A stretch of DNA of 59,585 bases, the filler included. It is 9 parts of 9 records of this genome, joined end to end, with 100 filler letters (N's around TTAATTAATTAA, not from the genome) between each part and the next. Parts side by side here need not be neighbours in the genome. Positions count along the whole stretch, not along the records: positions 5,372 to 10,515 come from SRR31147125_70798; positions 10,616 to 16,701 come from SRR31147125_70813; positions 16,802 to 21,992 come from SRR31147125_70814; 6 more parts are not named here. One strand, 5' to 3'. How positions within the stretch are numbered: position 1 is the first letter of the stretch; each line of letters starts with the position of its first letter. Shown in pieces: positions 10,201-19,800 of the stretch. The position numbers were made by a program, and so were the translations under genes. The notes beneath the pieces are model-generated. The model worked only from the letters and a program-made list of their open reading frames with translations, was not told the DNA's origin and ran no database searches.

Positions 10201-10441
10201 TGTGACTGAAAACGCCTCGACCAATGAAGTTGCAATGGAAGCGCTCCAAAGAGAAATTAGCGCCATGACGGCCAACAACTACAGATATATGAAATCGGCA
10301 ATAAATGAATACAGCCAAAACCACATCAAGGATATGGCCAGTGATACTGTAGATAAGATGAAAAATGGTCTCAAGGATTTTGACAAAAACATCAAGAACA
10401 TGGACGAACATCTCAAGGACTGGGATGATATGGGCATGTAG
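7283..10441 (+). CDS. traG: Mating-pair stabilisation protein TraG (TraG_N plus long variable C-terminus)
   Basis: YVTYGG start, N-terminal TM helices, VADVPEGV, second TM cluster near aa 365-490; ATGA overlap with traH. Confidence 0.85.
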   Translation: MKRLCKILPLLSLLVPVYAFADIPDTFREYVTYGGFHCIHNALSRIALSFSDNSYEGLFVAFMVVAITFWLGWGAIGYFRNGSALGFIYMAFTILTGAIVYIALIRPTTSMVVYDELLNVHQEVADVPEGVVLLAGMQNSFTRTMTDIIWTSANPEVYGYRENANGDVYNIVRQVYNGEIDISTQNGNGRYINASLRRYCEDCVAFEILRPQSDLNVNMFATSSDLTELLEAARSPSVFTVYFNSASPTGTTMSCADAYDRIVGDLNAITDISDENMTFWQTKCAEAGYHNSTGMIGENQIERCMQRTTQFLSYITQGNVAPSEVTRNILIARELWNAALNADIAALGDYKIGTALSGEAISTDRWLPLIKEVMTAIYLGLVPFLVILLPTPLIGRVGGLIIGFFCFLTAWEVCDALVHSYAMDHTINFFDEIRRNGLSFKSIAMMENHSHRSMLMFGKTRAATMILAGVISGVIAKFGGAALAHFANTMNFGHLGHEAATQIYNPNAQASALESYAKSPVPIETHRNQGYHEMVRLSNLAYAGNITGNEIIIDDSDGSFTAAATHKGRETTNRTLDGSARYSAVNKQSGIRDMNAQDARELMQESQVAGSLASAVTAESLGMEQHYNRTSTEMIRNDASLKALGKDGDLSERQSQVGTIQGTQQHGTLDANRAVGTQGVYQAAHTDTARHSAHSIVANIAATDILQNGAVSPENRDLLNRLNENPDVKGHLQTATHMDVSPNADEAAALATYFGSHGNHFTPGMLEGSQVSFKMAYDPQSGDIVPSNINVSTGAGFHNFGQYFERPITPTSPYALTNPSSGDTVTITSGRVYGQSGVYQQAEGFMADGTPVSLGSSDGHVLDRMSLGERFNGFGTPYVLSRLSQGIDSMIRGIDLTEVSQRAEVIPQIAKAVSSNFVSANQNYLDQVTSSLGGSLSAGISKGLGASGNTGVSFSKRDLSELSQNVITQRLMDVTENASTNEVAMEALQREISAMTANNYRYMKSAINEYSQNHIKDMASDTVDKMKNGLKDFDKNIKNMDEHLKDWDDMGM

Positions 10442-10515
10442 ATCATTTTTATGCAACTGACCCCAAACTACACAAAAATGCGGAGCTTAAAATGAATGAC
10501 AATGCATACTTTTTT

Positions 10516-10615
10516 NNNNNNNNNNNNNNNNNNNNNNNNNNNNNNNNNNNNNNNNNNNNTTAATTAATTAANNNNNNNNNNNNNNNNNNNNNNNNNNNNN
10601 NNNNNNNNNNNNNNN
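10516..10615. other. Artificial contig spacer
   Basis: N44-TTAATTAATTAA-N44. Confidence 0.98.
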
Positions 10616-10646
10616 CCTGAGCTTGTCGAAGGAAGCTTGTCGAAGA
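10616..10646. repeat. REP-like short repeat CCTGAGCTTGTCGAAGG with a tandem partial copy
   Basis: CCTGAGCTTGTCGAAGG (10616-10632) followed by AAGCTTGTCGAAGA, at the contig edge. Confidence 0.5.
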
Positions 10647-10727
10647 GAGTATTGAAGAGATTATCTCTCTTAACTCTCGCGACTCATAAAATTCAAGAGC
10701 GCAGCTCCCGCTCTTTGTCATTAAAAC

Positions 10728-11981
10728 CTAAGGTGAAACCACCTGCATGAGCTGGCCACAGGCCCAGGCGAAATAGGTGCCCAACGCGTAACCTAATACC
10801 GCCAGCAACACCCCAACCGGTGCCAGTGACGGGTGAAATGCCGAAGCCACCACAGGCGCAGACGCAGCGCCGCCTACATTGGCCTGACTGCCCACCGCCA
10901 TAAAGAAGAGTGGCGCTTTGATAAGCTTAGCGACCACCAGCATCAAAGACGCGTGCACCAACATCCAGATGCCACCTAAAGCAAAAAGTTTAGGCGCTTC
11001 TTTAAGCGCTGAAATATCCATGTGTAAACCGATAGAGGCCACTAAGATATAGATCATCACAGAAGCAATCTTAGACGCCCCTGCCGCTTCAATGTGTCGC
11101 ACTCGCGTAAATGAGAGAGCCAATCCTATTGAGGTGGCCAGAACAATCAGCCAGAAAAAGTGACTGTGGACGCTAAAGCGTTTGAGCTCTGGAAAATGAG
11201 CCGCAAACCAGGGAGCCAGGAAGTCGGCTGCGAAGTGAGCCAGCCCGGTCACCCCAAAGCCCCAAGCCACGATGAGCATAAGATCGGTCCCCGTTGGAAT
11301 ACGGGCGTGCTCAGCGTGATAAGCCTGAACCTTCTCTTTTAATGCATCAATGGCGCTGGCATCAGCCCCTGTGTAGGCATCGATCTTTTTGGCGTAGTTG
11401 GCCATAAACAGCAGGCAAGCCATCCACACATTGGCGACGATGACATCCACAGCGATCATGGCTGAAAAGATGCTGTCACCCACTTCATACACCTCTTTCA
11501 TGGCGGCTTGGTTAGCACCGCCACCAATCCAACTGCCTGCCACTGTGGTCATGCCTCGCCAGACCGCATCGGGGCCTGCTCCACCAAACAACTCAGGAAA
11601 AATAGCAGAGCAAATTAAGATGGCGATCGGCCCGCCAACCACAATCCCCAAGGTACCGGTCAAAAACATGGCCAAGGCCTTCCAGCCCAGGTTTAAAATT
11701 GCTTTGAGATCAATGCTAATGGTCAGTAGCACCAGACAAGCGGGCAGCAGGTAACGGGTGGAGACGTAGTACATGGAAGAACCATGGCCATCAACCACAC
11801 CAAAGGTATTGAGCAGTGAAGGGATGAAATAGCACAGCAACAACGCCGGGACAAAGGTATAAAACTTGCGCCAAAACGGGTGCTTGCTGGCGTGGGTGAC
11901 AAAAATCACGCCCAGGATCACAGCCAAGAGCCCCAGCACTGTGGCGTCATTGGTGATCAGGGCTTCTGCGTGAGAATTCAT
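10728..11981 (-). CDS. DUF819-family multi-pass membrane protein
   Basis: GSWIGGGANQAAM and GSQANVGGAASAPVVA motifs; about 11-12 TM helices. Confidence 0.85.
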   Translation of the reverse strand: MNSHAEALITNDATVLGLLAVILGVIFVTHASKHPFWRKFYTFVPALLLCYFIPSLLNTFGVVDGHGSSMYYVSTRYLLPACLVLLTISIDLKAILNLGWKALAMFLTGTLGIVVGGPIAILICSAIFPELFGGAGPDAVWRGMTTVAGSWIGGGANQAAMKEVYEVGDSIFSAMIAVDVIVANVWMACLLFMANYAKKIDAYTGADASAIDALKEKVQAYHAEHARIPTGTDLMLIVAWGFGVTGLAHFAADFLAPWFAAHFPELKRFSVHSHFFWLIVLATSIGLALSFTRVRHIEAAGASKIASVMIYILVASIGLHMDISALKEAPKLFALGGIWMLVHASLMLVVAKLIKAPLFFMAVGSQANVGGAASAPVVASAFHPSLAPVGVLLAVLGYALGTYFAWACGQLMQVVSP

Positions 11982-11997
11982 TCAAAAAACCTTTCTG

Positions 11998-12369
11998 TTA
12001 TCCAAGAATCAAGGGGGTTTTAAAGCGCGCCAGGTAACCAATTCCCAACACACACAAGATGGCCGCAGTAAACGCTAAAACCTGCCCCAGTCGACTTTTG
12101 GCAAATTTCATCACCACAAAGCCACAACCGATATAGCCCACAACCAGTATCAGCTTTTCCCATAGCCAGGCTTGGTGGTACCAGGGCACCAGAACCAGCA
12201 TGTTAATCGCAGTCACCAACAGCAGTGTATCTATGGTATGAGGAACAATTTTGACCCACTTTCGCTGCAACTGTTCGCTTCCGAGTTGCAGCCAGACAAA
12301 ACGTAAAATAAAGAGACCAATGGAGAGGCTGATCAGCAGCATGTGGGTATGTTTTAGCGCTTGATACAT
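11998..12369 (-). CDS. sirB2: SirB2-family membrane protein
   Basis: MYQALKHTH, KIVPHTIDTLLL, WLWEKL; canonical position after prmC. Confidence 0.85.
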   Translation of the reverse strand: MYQALKHTHMLLISLSIGLFILRFVWLQLGSEQLQRKWVKIVPHTIDTLLLVTAINMLVLVPWYHQAWLWEKLILVVGYIGCGFVVMKFAKSRLGQVLAFTAAILCVLGIGYLARFKTPLILG

Positions 12370-12381
12370 AATTTTCTCTTA

Positions 12382-13242
12382 TTAGGGGTTAAAACTTGAA
12401 TCACTCTGTTCAGGCCAACAACCGCCGGTGCTCCTAGGCTGCCCTGCCAGATCATACCGGGTTACAACCTCGATAAAGCCGCGCTGTTGCAGTAAGTGAG
12501 CAACCGCTTCGGCCTGATTGTAGCCATGCTCTAACATAAGCCAACCGCCTGCAGTGAGGTACTCAGGCGCCTGCTCAATAATATGGCGAATATCATTCAA
12601 GCCATCGTCACCGGCGGTCAACGCTGTTTTGGGCTCAAAACGCACATCGCCCTGATTTAGATGAGGGTCTTCTTCCTCAATGTAAGGCGGGTTGGAGACA
12701 ATCAGCTGATAGCTCTGATCTGGCGTCAACGCAGCAAACCAGTCACTCTGCAGCACCTTAACCTGAGTCGCCAGCTCTAAGGCCTTGGCATTGGCTGAAG
12801 CCAGCTTAACCGCCTCGGGCTGAAAGTCGAGTGCTTCTATGCTCCAGGCAGGGCGCTCTGAAGCTAGCGCCAAGGCAATGGCGCCTGTGCCGGTCCCCAA
12901 ATCCACAACCTTAGCGGGCCGATTGGGCAGTAGCTCCAGCGCCCACTCCACTAAGGTCTCAGTATCTGGCCTTGGAATTAAAGTGCTCGCATTCACTTGC
13001 AAGGGTAGCGACCAAAACTCCCGCTCACCGGTCAGGTGCGCCACAGGAACACCCTGCTCACGCTGCGCCACTAATTCGACAAACGCTTGCTCCTGCTCAG
13101 CGTCCAACTCAGCCTCTGGCCAGGTAAAGAGGTAGCTTCTGGGCTTTTTCAGCACAAACAGCAAGAGCGCGGAGGCATCGGCCTTCCCCTCTTGCTGTGT
13201 CAACTGCTGGCTAGCCCAATCAAGCGCCTCTGCTACTTGCAT
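12382..13242 (-). CDS. prmC: Release factor glutamine methyltransferase
   Basis: TLIPRPDTE, DLGTGTGAIALALA, SNPPY, LEHGYNQ; likely start ATG 13242, just after the prfA stop. Confidence 0.95.
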   Translation of the reverse strand: MQVAEALDWASQQLTQQEGKADASALLLFVLKKPRSYLFTWPEAELDAEQEQAFVELVAQREQGVPVAHLTGEREFWSLPLQVNASTLIPRPDTETLVEWALELLPNRPAKVVDLGTGTGAIALALASERPAWSIEALDFQPEAVKLASANAKALELATQVKVLQSDWFAALTPDQSYQLIVSNPPYIEEEDPHLNQGDVRFEPKTALTAGDDGLNDIRHIIEQAPEYLTAGGWLMLEHGYNQAEAVAHLLQQRGFIEVVTRYDLAGQPRSTGGCWPEQSDSSFNP

Positions 13243-13243
13243 G

Positions 13244-14335
13244 TTAAGCGTTGCCTTCGGCCAGAGCAGCAAGCAGATCGGCCTGATGCTCTTGCATGAG
13301 AGGCGTTAAGATACAGTCGAGATCACCACTGATGATCTCATCCAGGCGGTATAGAGTGAGGTTCAGTCGGTGCTCACTCACACGCCCTTGCGGGTAGTTG
13401 TAAGTCCGTACTCGCTCAGAGCGGTCACCACTGGCGACCAAAGAGCGACGCATATTGGTCTCTTCCGAGCGGCGTTTTTCATCTTCGGCAGCTTGCAAAC
13501 GAGCACCCAGAACCGCCATGGCTTTGGCCCGGTTTTTATGTTGCGAGCGCTCATCCTGACACTCCACCACAGTGCCCGTAGGAAGGTGAGTGATTCGAAT
13601 AGCAGAGTCGGTTTTGTTCACGTGCTGACCACCGGCACCAGAGGCGCGGAAGGTATCGACTTTCAAATCAGCCGGGTTAATCTCAATGGCTTCGGCTTCT
13701 GGCACTTCAGGCATCACCACCACAGTACAGGCTGAGGTGTGAATACGGCCCTGGCTTTCTGTTTCAGGCACTCGTTGCACCCTATGGCCACCCGATTCAA
13801 ACTTCATCACACCATAGACGCCATCACCTGTGATGTGGGCCACCACTTCTTTGTAGCCGCCCTGCTCACTCTCATTGGCGCTCATGAGCTCTACACGCCA
13901 GCCTCTGGATTCAGCATAACGGCTGTACATGCGGAACAGATCGCCGGCAAAAATGCCCGCCTCATCACCACCAGCACCAGCGCGGATCTCCAGATAACAG
14001 TTGTTATCGTCGTTGGGATCTTTCGGCAACAGGAGAATTTCCAGCTCTCGCTCCAGGGTCTCAATGGACTCCTTCGCAGCCGCCAACTCCTCCTTGGCCA
14101 TTTCACGCATCTCTTCATCATCTTCTTGCAGCATCTCTTCGGCCGAGGCTAAATCCTCCTGTGCCTGCTGCAATGACTGATAACACGTCACGACGCTTTC
14201 CAGCTGAGAGTACTCTTTGGTCAGGGCGCGGAACTTCTCTTGATCTGAGATGATCTCGGGCTCGCCCAGCAAAGCTTGCAGCTCTTCATACCGCTCGATC
14301 AAACTCTCGAGCTTGTTCACTATGGTCTGTTTCAT
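13244..14335 (-). CDS. prfA: Peptide chain release factor 1
   Basis: GGQ motif (GAGGQHVN), RF1 PxT (RVPETE), RTYNYPQ. Confidence 0.97.
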   Translation of the reverse strand: MKQTIVNKLESLIERYEELQALLGEPEIISDQEKFRALTKEYSQLESVVTCYQSLQQAQEDLASAEEMLQEDDEEMREMAKEELAAAKESIETLERELEILLLPKDPNDDNNCYLEIRAGAGGDEAGIFAGDLFRMYSRYAESRGWRVELMSANESEQGGYKEVVAHITGDGVYGVMKFESGGHRVQRVPETESQGRIHTSACTVVVMPEVPEAEAIEINPADLKVDTFRASGAGGQHVNKTDSAIRITHLPTGTVVECQDERSQHKNRAKAMAVLGARLQAAEDEKRRSEETNMRRSLVASGDRSERVRTYNYPQGRVSEHRLNLTLYRLDEIISGDLDCILTPLMQEHQADLLAALAEGNA

Positions 14336-14362
14336 GGGATCCTGATATTTGGTTGAGCCCTG

Positions 14363-15628
14363 CTAAGGCTCACTATTTTTTACGGCTAACCCTAAGCTAT
14401 CGGCCAGATGGGTGAGCCTGGAAGATTGTTGTTCACTGCCTGCGTGCTGCAGGGCTTTGGTGGTGGGATGCATCAAACTATTGGTTAGCTTGTAAGCCAA
14501 CTCTCGAACAACCTGTTCGGCAGGCTGGCCATTGTCTAAGGCTTGCAGCGCCTTATTGACCCACTCGTCTCTAAGAGTTTCCCCTTGTTGGCGATACTGC
14601 TTAATGGCCGACACCGACTTCTGCGAGTTTAACCACTGCAAAAAGAGCTCTGCGTGCTCTTTAACCATGATATCTGCCTCTTTGGCAGCGGCTTCACGTG
14701 AACTCATGTTATCGGCGATAATGTTTTGCAGATCATCCACCGTATAGAGGTAAGCGTCGCGAAGATCCCCCACCTGCGGCTCCACATCGCGTGGCACAGC
14801 CAAGTCAACCAGTAACATGGGCTGACGACGGCGCGCTTTTAGTGCAGAGCTAACAGCTCCCACACCCACGATGGGCATAGGGCTAGCGGTAGAGCTAATC
14901 ACAATATCGGCCTGGTGAAGCGCTTCACCTAGCTGGTGCAACGTGATGCACTGGCCACCAAATTGGCTGGCCAACACTTCAGCGCGAGCCAAAGTGCGGT
15001 TAGCCACCACCAGGGAGTTAACCCCTTGATCTTTGAGGTGCTTGGCCACCAGCTCTATGGTTTCTCCGGCTCCGACCAACAACACCTTGGCACTCTCAAG
15101 CTGACCAAAGATGTGTTTTGCTAGGTTGACCGCCGCATAAGCCACTGAGACAGCGCTGGCACCAATTTCGGTTTGAGTGCGAACCAGTTTTGCCACACTA
15201 AAGGCCCGATCAAACAGGCGCTCCAGGTGATAGCTTAACGATCCTACCGCTTTGGCCTGAGCATAAGCTTGTTTGACCTGACCTAAAATCTGGGGCTCGC
15301 CCAAGATCAAAGAGTCCAGGCCAGCCGAAACTCGCATCAGGTGACAAACCGCCTCTAATTGCTGCAACTCATACACATGGCGAGCCAACTCAGCTTCGGG
15401 AATTTGATGAAACTCACTTAACCAGCCAAGTAAGGCCGCAAAGTCATTGTCACTTTGCAGGTAAATTTCAGTGCGATTGCAGGTTGAGAGGATCACGGCC
15501 CCCTCATTGCCTGGCTGCTCAATCAGCTGATTGAGGGCATGGGTCAGCACTTCAGGATCAAACGCCACCCGCTCGCGCAATGCAACGGGCGCTGTTTGAT
15601 GGTTAATACCTAATGCGATCAATGCCAT
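14363..15628 (-). CDS. hemA: Glutamyl-tRNA reductase
   Basis: GINHQTAPVALRE, STCNRTE, GLDSLILGEPQILGQVK, GAGE, DLAVPRD. Confidence 0.97.
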   Translation of the reverse strand: MALIALGINHQTAPVALRERVAFDPEVLTHALNQLIEQPGNEGAVILSTCNRTEIYLQSDNDFAALLGWLSEFHQIPEAELARHVYELQQLEAVCHLMRVSAGLDSLILGEPQILGQVKQAYAQAKAVGSLSYHLERLFDRAFSVAKLVRTQTEIGASAVSVAYAAVNLAKHIFGQLESAKVLLVGAGETIELVAKHLKDQGVNSLVVANRTLARAEVLASQFGGQCITLHQLGEALHQADIVISSTASPMPIVGVGAVSSALKARRRQPMLLVDLAVPRDVEPQVGDLRDAYLYTVDDLQNIIADNMSSREAAAKEADIMVKEHAELFLQWLNSQKSVSAIKQYRQQGETLRDEWVNKALQALDNGQPAEQVVRELAYKLTNSLMHPTTKALQHAGSEQQSSRLTHLADSLGLAVKNSEP

Positions 15629-15828
15629 AAAAAATGAAAAGCCAAGCCTTTGTTTGGAGCGGCCTAACCGGCCTGTTTGCTAAACCTTGGCATTCTACGT
15701 GAAAAGCCCTTGGGGTTAAACTTATCGTCATTATCAGTTTTTATGGAACGGGCACTTTAGTTGACCCCGACAAATCAGGTCCTATACTGGCTCCACTTGT
15801 CAGCGGATGACGCCTAAGCGGCTAACAA

Positions 15829-16467
15829 TTGATGCGGTCTTTCAATTTTCTTTTCAAGTTTCTGCCCCTGATTGGCACCTTGCTTCTGGTAGCCTGTAGC
15901 AGCTTGCCGCCTGAATCTAAGCATGCCCACATTACACCTGAGCTGATGGCCAGCTACCAAGCGCATCAGCAACAGCTAGCAAACTACAAACAGTGGCAGG
16001 CATCGGGCAAATTGGCTCTGATCAGCGCAGAGCAGCGCCAGAGCAGTCGAATCAATTGGCGCCAGGAAGCGGATTCTGCGCAGCTCACCTTAACCAACTT
16101 ACTCGGCGTGACGATACTCGAAGCCATCCAAACCCAAGAGGGAGCCACCATTGAAGCTGAAGGGGAAACCCATATGGGCCACTCACTGCAAGCTTTAATC
16201 GCTCAGCTAACAGGTTTTGCTATGCCAGTTGATGCCATGCCGCTTTGGTTAACAGGAAATGTCGATCTAACAGAAGTGCAAGATCTGGCGCTCACAGAAA
16301 AAGGCTACCTGCTTCATTTTCAACAGCGTTTGCCTGAGTGGGGTCCATGGCAGGTGAGCTACAACGGCTACTACCCGGCCGATAACAACAAACCGGCGCT
16401 GCCATCCAAGATCACTCTAAAACACCCTGAGCTGACCATTAAACTCATTATTCACAAGTGGAATTAA
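15829..16467 (+). CDS. lolB: Outer-membrane lipoprotein insertase LolB
   Basis: Lipobox [39 protein letters not shown]; sits between hemA and ispE. Confidence 0.9.
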   Translation: MMRSFNFLFKFLPLIGTLLLVACSSLPPESKHAHITPELMASYQAHQQQLANYKQWQASGKLALISAEQRQSSRINWRQEADSAQLTLTNLLGVTILEAIQTQEGATIEAEGETHMGHSLQALIAQLTGFAMPVDAMPLWLTGNVDLTEVQDLALTEKGYLLHFQQRLPEWGPWQVSYNGYYPADNNKPALPSKITLKHPELTIKLIIHKWN

Positions 16468-16469
16468 GC

Positions 16470-16701
16470 ATGTCTGTTTTGACCTTACCCTCTCCGGCTA
16501 AGCTCAATCTTTTTTTACACATCAATGGCCGTTTGCCCAATGGCTATCATGAGCTGCAAACCCTGTTTCAGTTTCTTGATTACAGCGACACCATGTCATT
16601 TGAGACGCGCGATGACAGCGACATAGTGCTCCACTCCAACATTCAAGGGGTTGCCGCCGAAGATAACCTGGTAGTTAAGGCGGCGAAACTACTGCAAAAG
16701 C
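16470..16701 (+). CDS. ispE: 4-diphosphocytidyl-2-C-methyl-D-erythritol kinase, 3'-truncated
   Basis: [31 protein letters not shown]. Confidence 0.93.
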
Positions 16702-16801
16702 NNNNNNNNNNNNNNNNNNNNNNNNNNNNNNNNNNNNNNNNNNNNTTAATTAATTAANNNNNNNNNNNNNNNNNNNNNNNNNNNNNNNNNNNNNNNNNNN
16801 N
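16702..16801. other. Artificial contig spacer
   Basis: N44-TTAATTAATTAA-N44. Confidence 0.98.
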
Positions 16802-19800
16802 GCCGTTACCAGCCCTGTATGGCTGAAGGTCTGGTCCCCGAAGGCGGTGATACTGGAAGGCAGTTCAATTTCCTTGATACTGGTACACCCGTAAAAAAAC
16901 TGGCTCGGCAGTCGAGTCATGCCCTGGGGCAGCTTGACCTTTTTCAAGTCAAAAATTGCTGTACATCCTTCAAATAGCCCCTCACTTTCGGCCAGCGCTT
17001 CCGGGGAGACTTGGGACAGGTCTGCCTGGACCAGTGCGGTACATCCACGAAAAGCTTCCGAGCCGACATGGGTTACGCTGCCGGGAAACGTTATGGATGT
17101 CAGTAAACTTGCATTCCTGAAACAGCTATAACCGATTCTTGTCACGCCATTGGGAATCACCAGATCGGCCAGGGCTGTACAATTGTAAAAACAGGTATTT
17201 CCCATTTCCGTCACGGTGTCGGGCAGTACAATGCCTGTCAGGCCGGAACAATTGTAGAATGCCTTATCAATGATTTTTACAATGCCGATGCATCCTGAAA
17301 AGTTCAGATGCTTCGGCAATGTCCAGTCAAAGTTTTCCTTTTTTACGGCACCAGATGAGATCATTGGATTGGAGGACAGATCAATGGCCGAAACTCCGGT
17401 CAAATACTTCATGACAGCCATATCCGCATCTGCAAGGCCCAGATTGGACAGATCCAGGCTGCCCTGGATGCCGGCCAGTTCCTGGTAAGTCAATGGCCCA
17501 AGGTAGTCCGGGGACTTGCCGGCCGCCCCTGCCAGTTTTTGGGTAAAATCCGTATTGGCAATGGAGATCCCGGACTCTCCTTCATAAACCTCTTTCATCT
17601 CCACGGCAACTATATATGTTGAGGTAGCTCCGCCCTTGGTGACCGCCACCGAAATCGTATTTGTGCCCATGGTCAAGGAGATGGGCTTGGGGGCATTGTC
17701 GACGGCGGGCAGCCCATTGATGCGCACCTGGCAATTGGTGTCGGAAAGGCTGGCCGTGATCTGAACGCCTTGGGTATAGCAGCCCACACTGGCGGTGTAG
17801 AAGAAACGGCTGGGGTCAAAGGGCTCATTCAGGGCGACGCCGGTTAAGGCAAGGCCAGACAGCCCTGAAGACCCACCGTCTACAAAGGTGACCTTACAGA
17901 AATCACCATAGCTTCCGTCAGGTGTCCTCACGGTGATGTAGACGGTGCCGGACTTTATTCCCCGGACCTCTCCGTTCGCAGAGACGACGGCCACGCTCGG
18001 GTCACTGCTGAACCAGACCACTTCCTGGCCCTGGGGAATGGTATGGGAAAGAGCTAAGGATTCCTGCCCAAGGGTAATGTTGGCCGAATGATGGTTCAGT
18101 CCGGCGGAAGCGGTCTGGCTGTACAGGATCAGGGTGGTGTCAGGCACCAGCCACCATGAGGCGGCGACATCCTCAGCAGCAAATCCGGTTTGACGCAGGT
18201 CCAGAACCGCAAGGGATTTACAATACCTAAAGGAATGGGCGCCCACCTCTGTCACACTGGCCGGAAGGGTTAAATGGGTTAAACGCTCACAAGCGTAAAA
18301 GCACCGCCTGGGAATGTTGGTCAGGCCCGGCGGCAATGAAATTTCTTCCAGCCCGGAATACTGAAAACAATAATCGCCAAAGGTTTTAACCGAATCCGGC
18401 AGATCAATCCGGGCCAGGGCGGAACATCCTGAAAACGCCTGATAGCCAATGTGGGTCAGATTGGGCGGCAAGCCCACATGGGTCAAACCGGAACACCCTT
18501 CAAAAGCACTGCTGCCGATACTGGTCACCGTTTCCGGCAGAATAATTTCAGTCAGGTTCTTTTGACCTGAAAACAAGCTTGGCCAGTTTTCGTATATGCC
18601 GGTGCAACCGGAGAAATCCAGGCTCTTTTTGGTGCTCCAGTCAAAGGTGCCCCACAACCCGGAAGTGGTAATGCCGGGATTGTCAGACAGGTCAATGGCA
18701 GAGACACTCGTCAGGCACTGCATCATTTCCATATCCGCATCGGTGATGCCTGCATTGGACAGGTCAATGGGCCCTGTAATGCCCGTCAGCTCGGTATAGG
18801 TCAGGTTCGGAGCATAATTGGCCCCTTTTCCGGCGGCCCGGGCCAGCCGGTCCTTGAGTGTCCGGTTGGCAAGGATGACCAGCCAGTCACCATTGGCCTC
18901 TTTATAGGTCACGGCTGCCATCCGGACCTTGATAAAATAGGATTTTCTGGCGCTGCCGTCCCTGGAGGTGACCTTAATGTTGATATTGGTTTCAGGATAT
19001 GTCAGGGAGACGGGACGGGAAGGCGCATTGTGGGGGACCCGCATCCCGTTTACATGAATTACCGCCCCGGGTTCCTTCACCCTGGCCAGTACAAAGGTAC
19101 GCCTGACATCGCCGGCAATATCTGCGGTATAAAAATATTTTCCAGGGGTCAGGGGCTCGTTCAGGGAGATGCCGGGCAATCTCAAGGCGCGCAAGGTGGC
19201 CTTGTCATCATCGGTCACTGTTACCCGGCAATACCCGCTGTAGGACTTTTCAGCCGTAGCGGCCCAGATGTATGCGGTGCCCGGCTGGATCCCCGTTACA
19301 ACCCCGTCCTTGACCACGGCTATATCAGGATCACTGCTGCCCCAGACCACGGTTTCCGAACCTGGGATCTGGTAGGAGATGGTCAAGGTTTCCTGACCCA
19401 GCCTGAGTGTGGCCGTCAGAGGAGAGAACCGGGCGTCACTGCCCGTCAAAAAGGCGGCCTTTTCGGAAATCTGCCAATTGCTGCCCTCCGGTGTTGTAAA
19501 CTGAGATCCCCGCGCATCCACTATTTTTAATTTTGTGCCAGTAAAGGCCATATTTCCGATCTGGCTGAGGTTTTCGGGAAAATTAATCAATTGGAGACCG
19601 GACCAGGTAAACCCCTGGGACCCGATGGTGGTCAGGCTCTGGGGAAGAATCATCTCTGTCAGCCTGCCGCACCCGTAAAAACACTGGTCCCCGATGCTGA
19701 CAAGGGTGTTGGACAAAAAAACCGATTCCAGTTTTGTGCAGGAAGAAAAGGCTTCATTTCCAAGGGTCTTGACAGAATCTGGAATCACCGCCTCCGTCAG

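Noticed and set aside
10728..16701. hemA-prfA-prmC-sirB2-DUF819 / lolB-ispE as an unusual cluster
   Set aside because: This is an ordinary gammaproteobacterial housekeeping arrangement.
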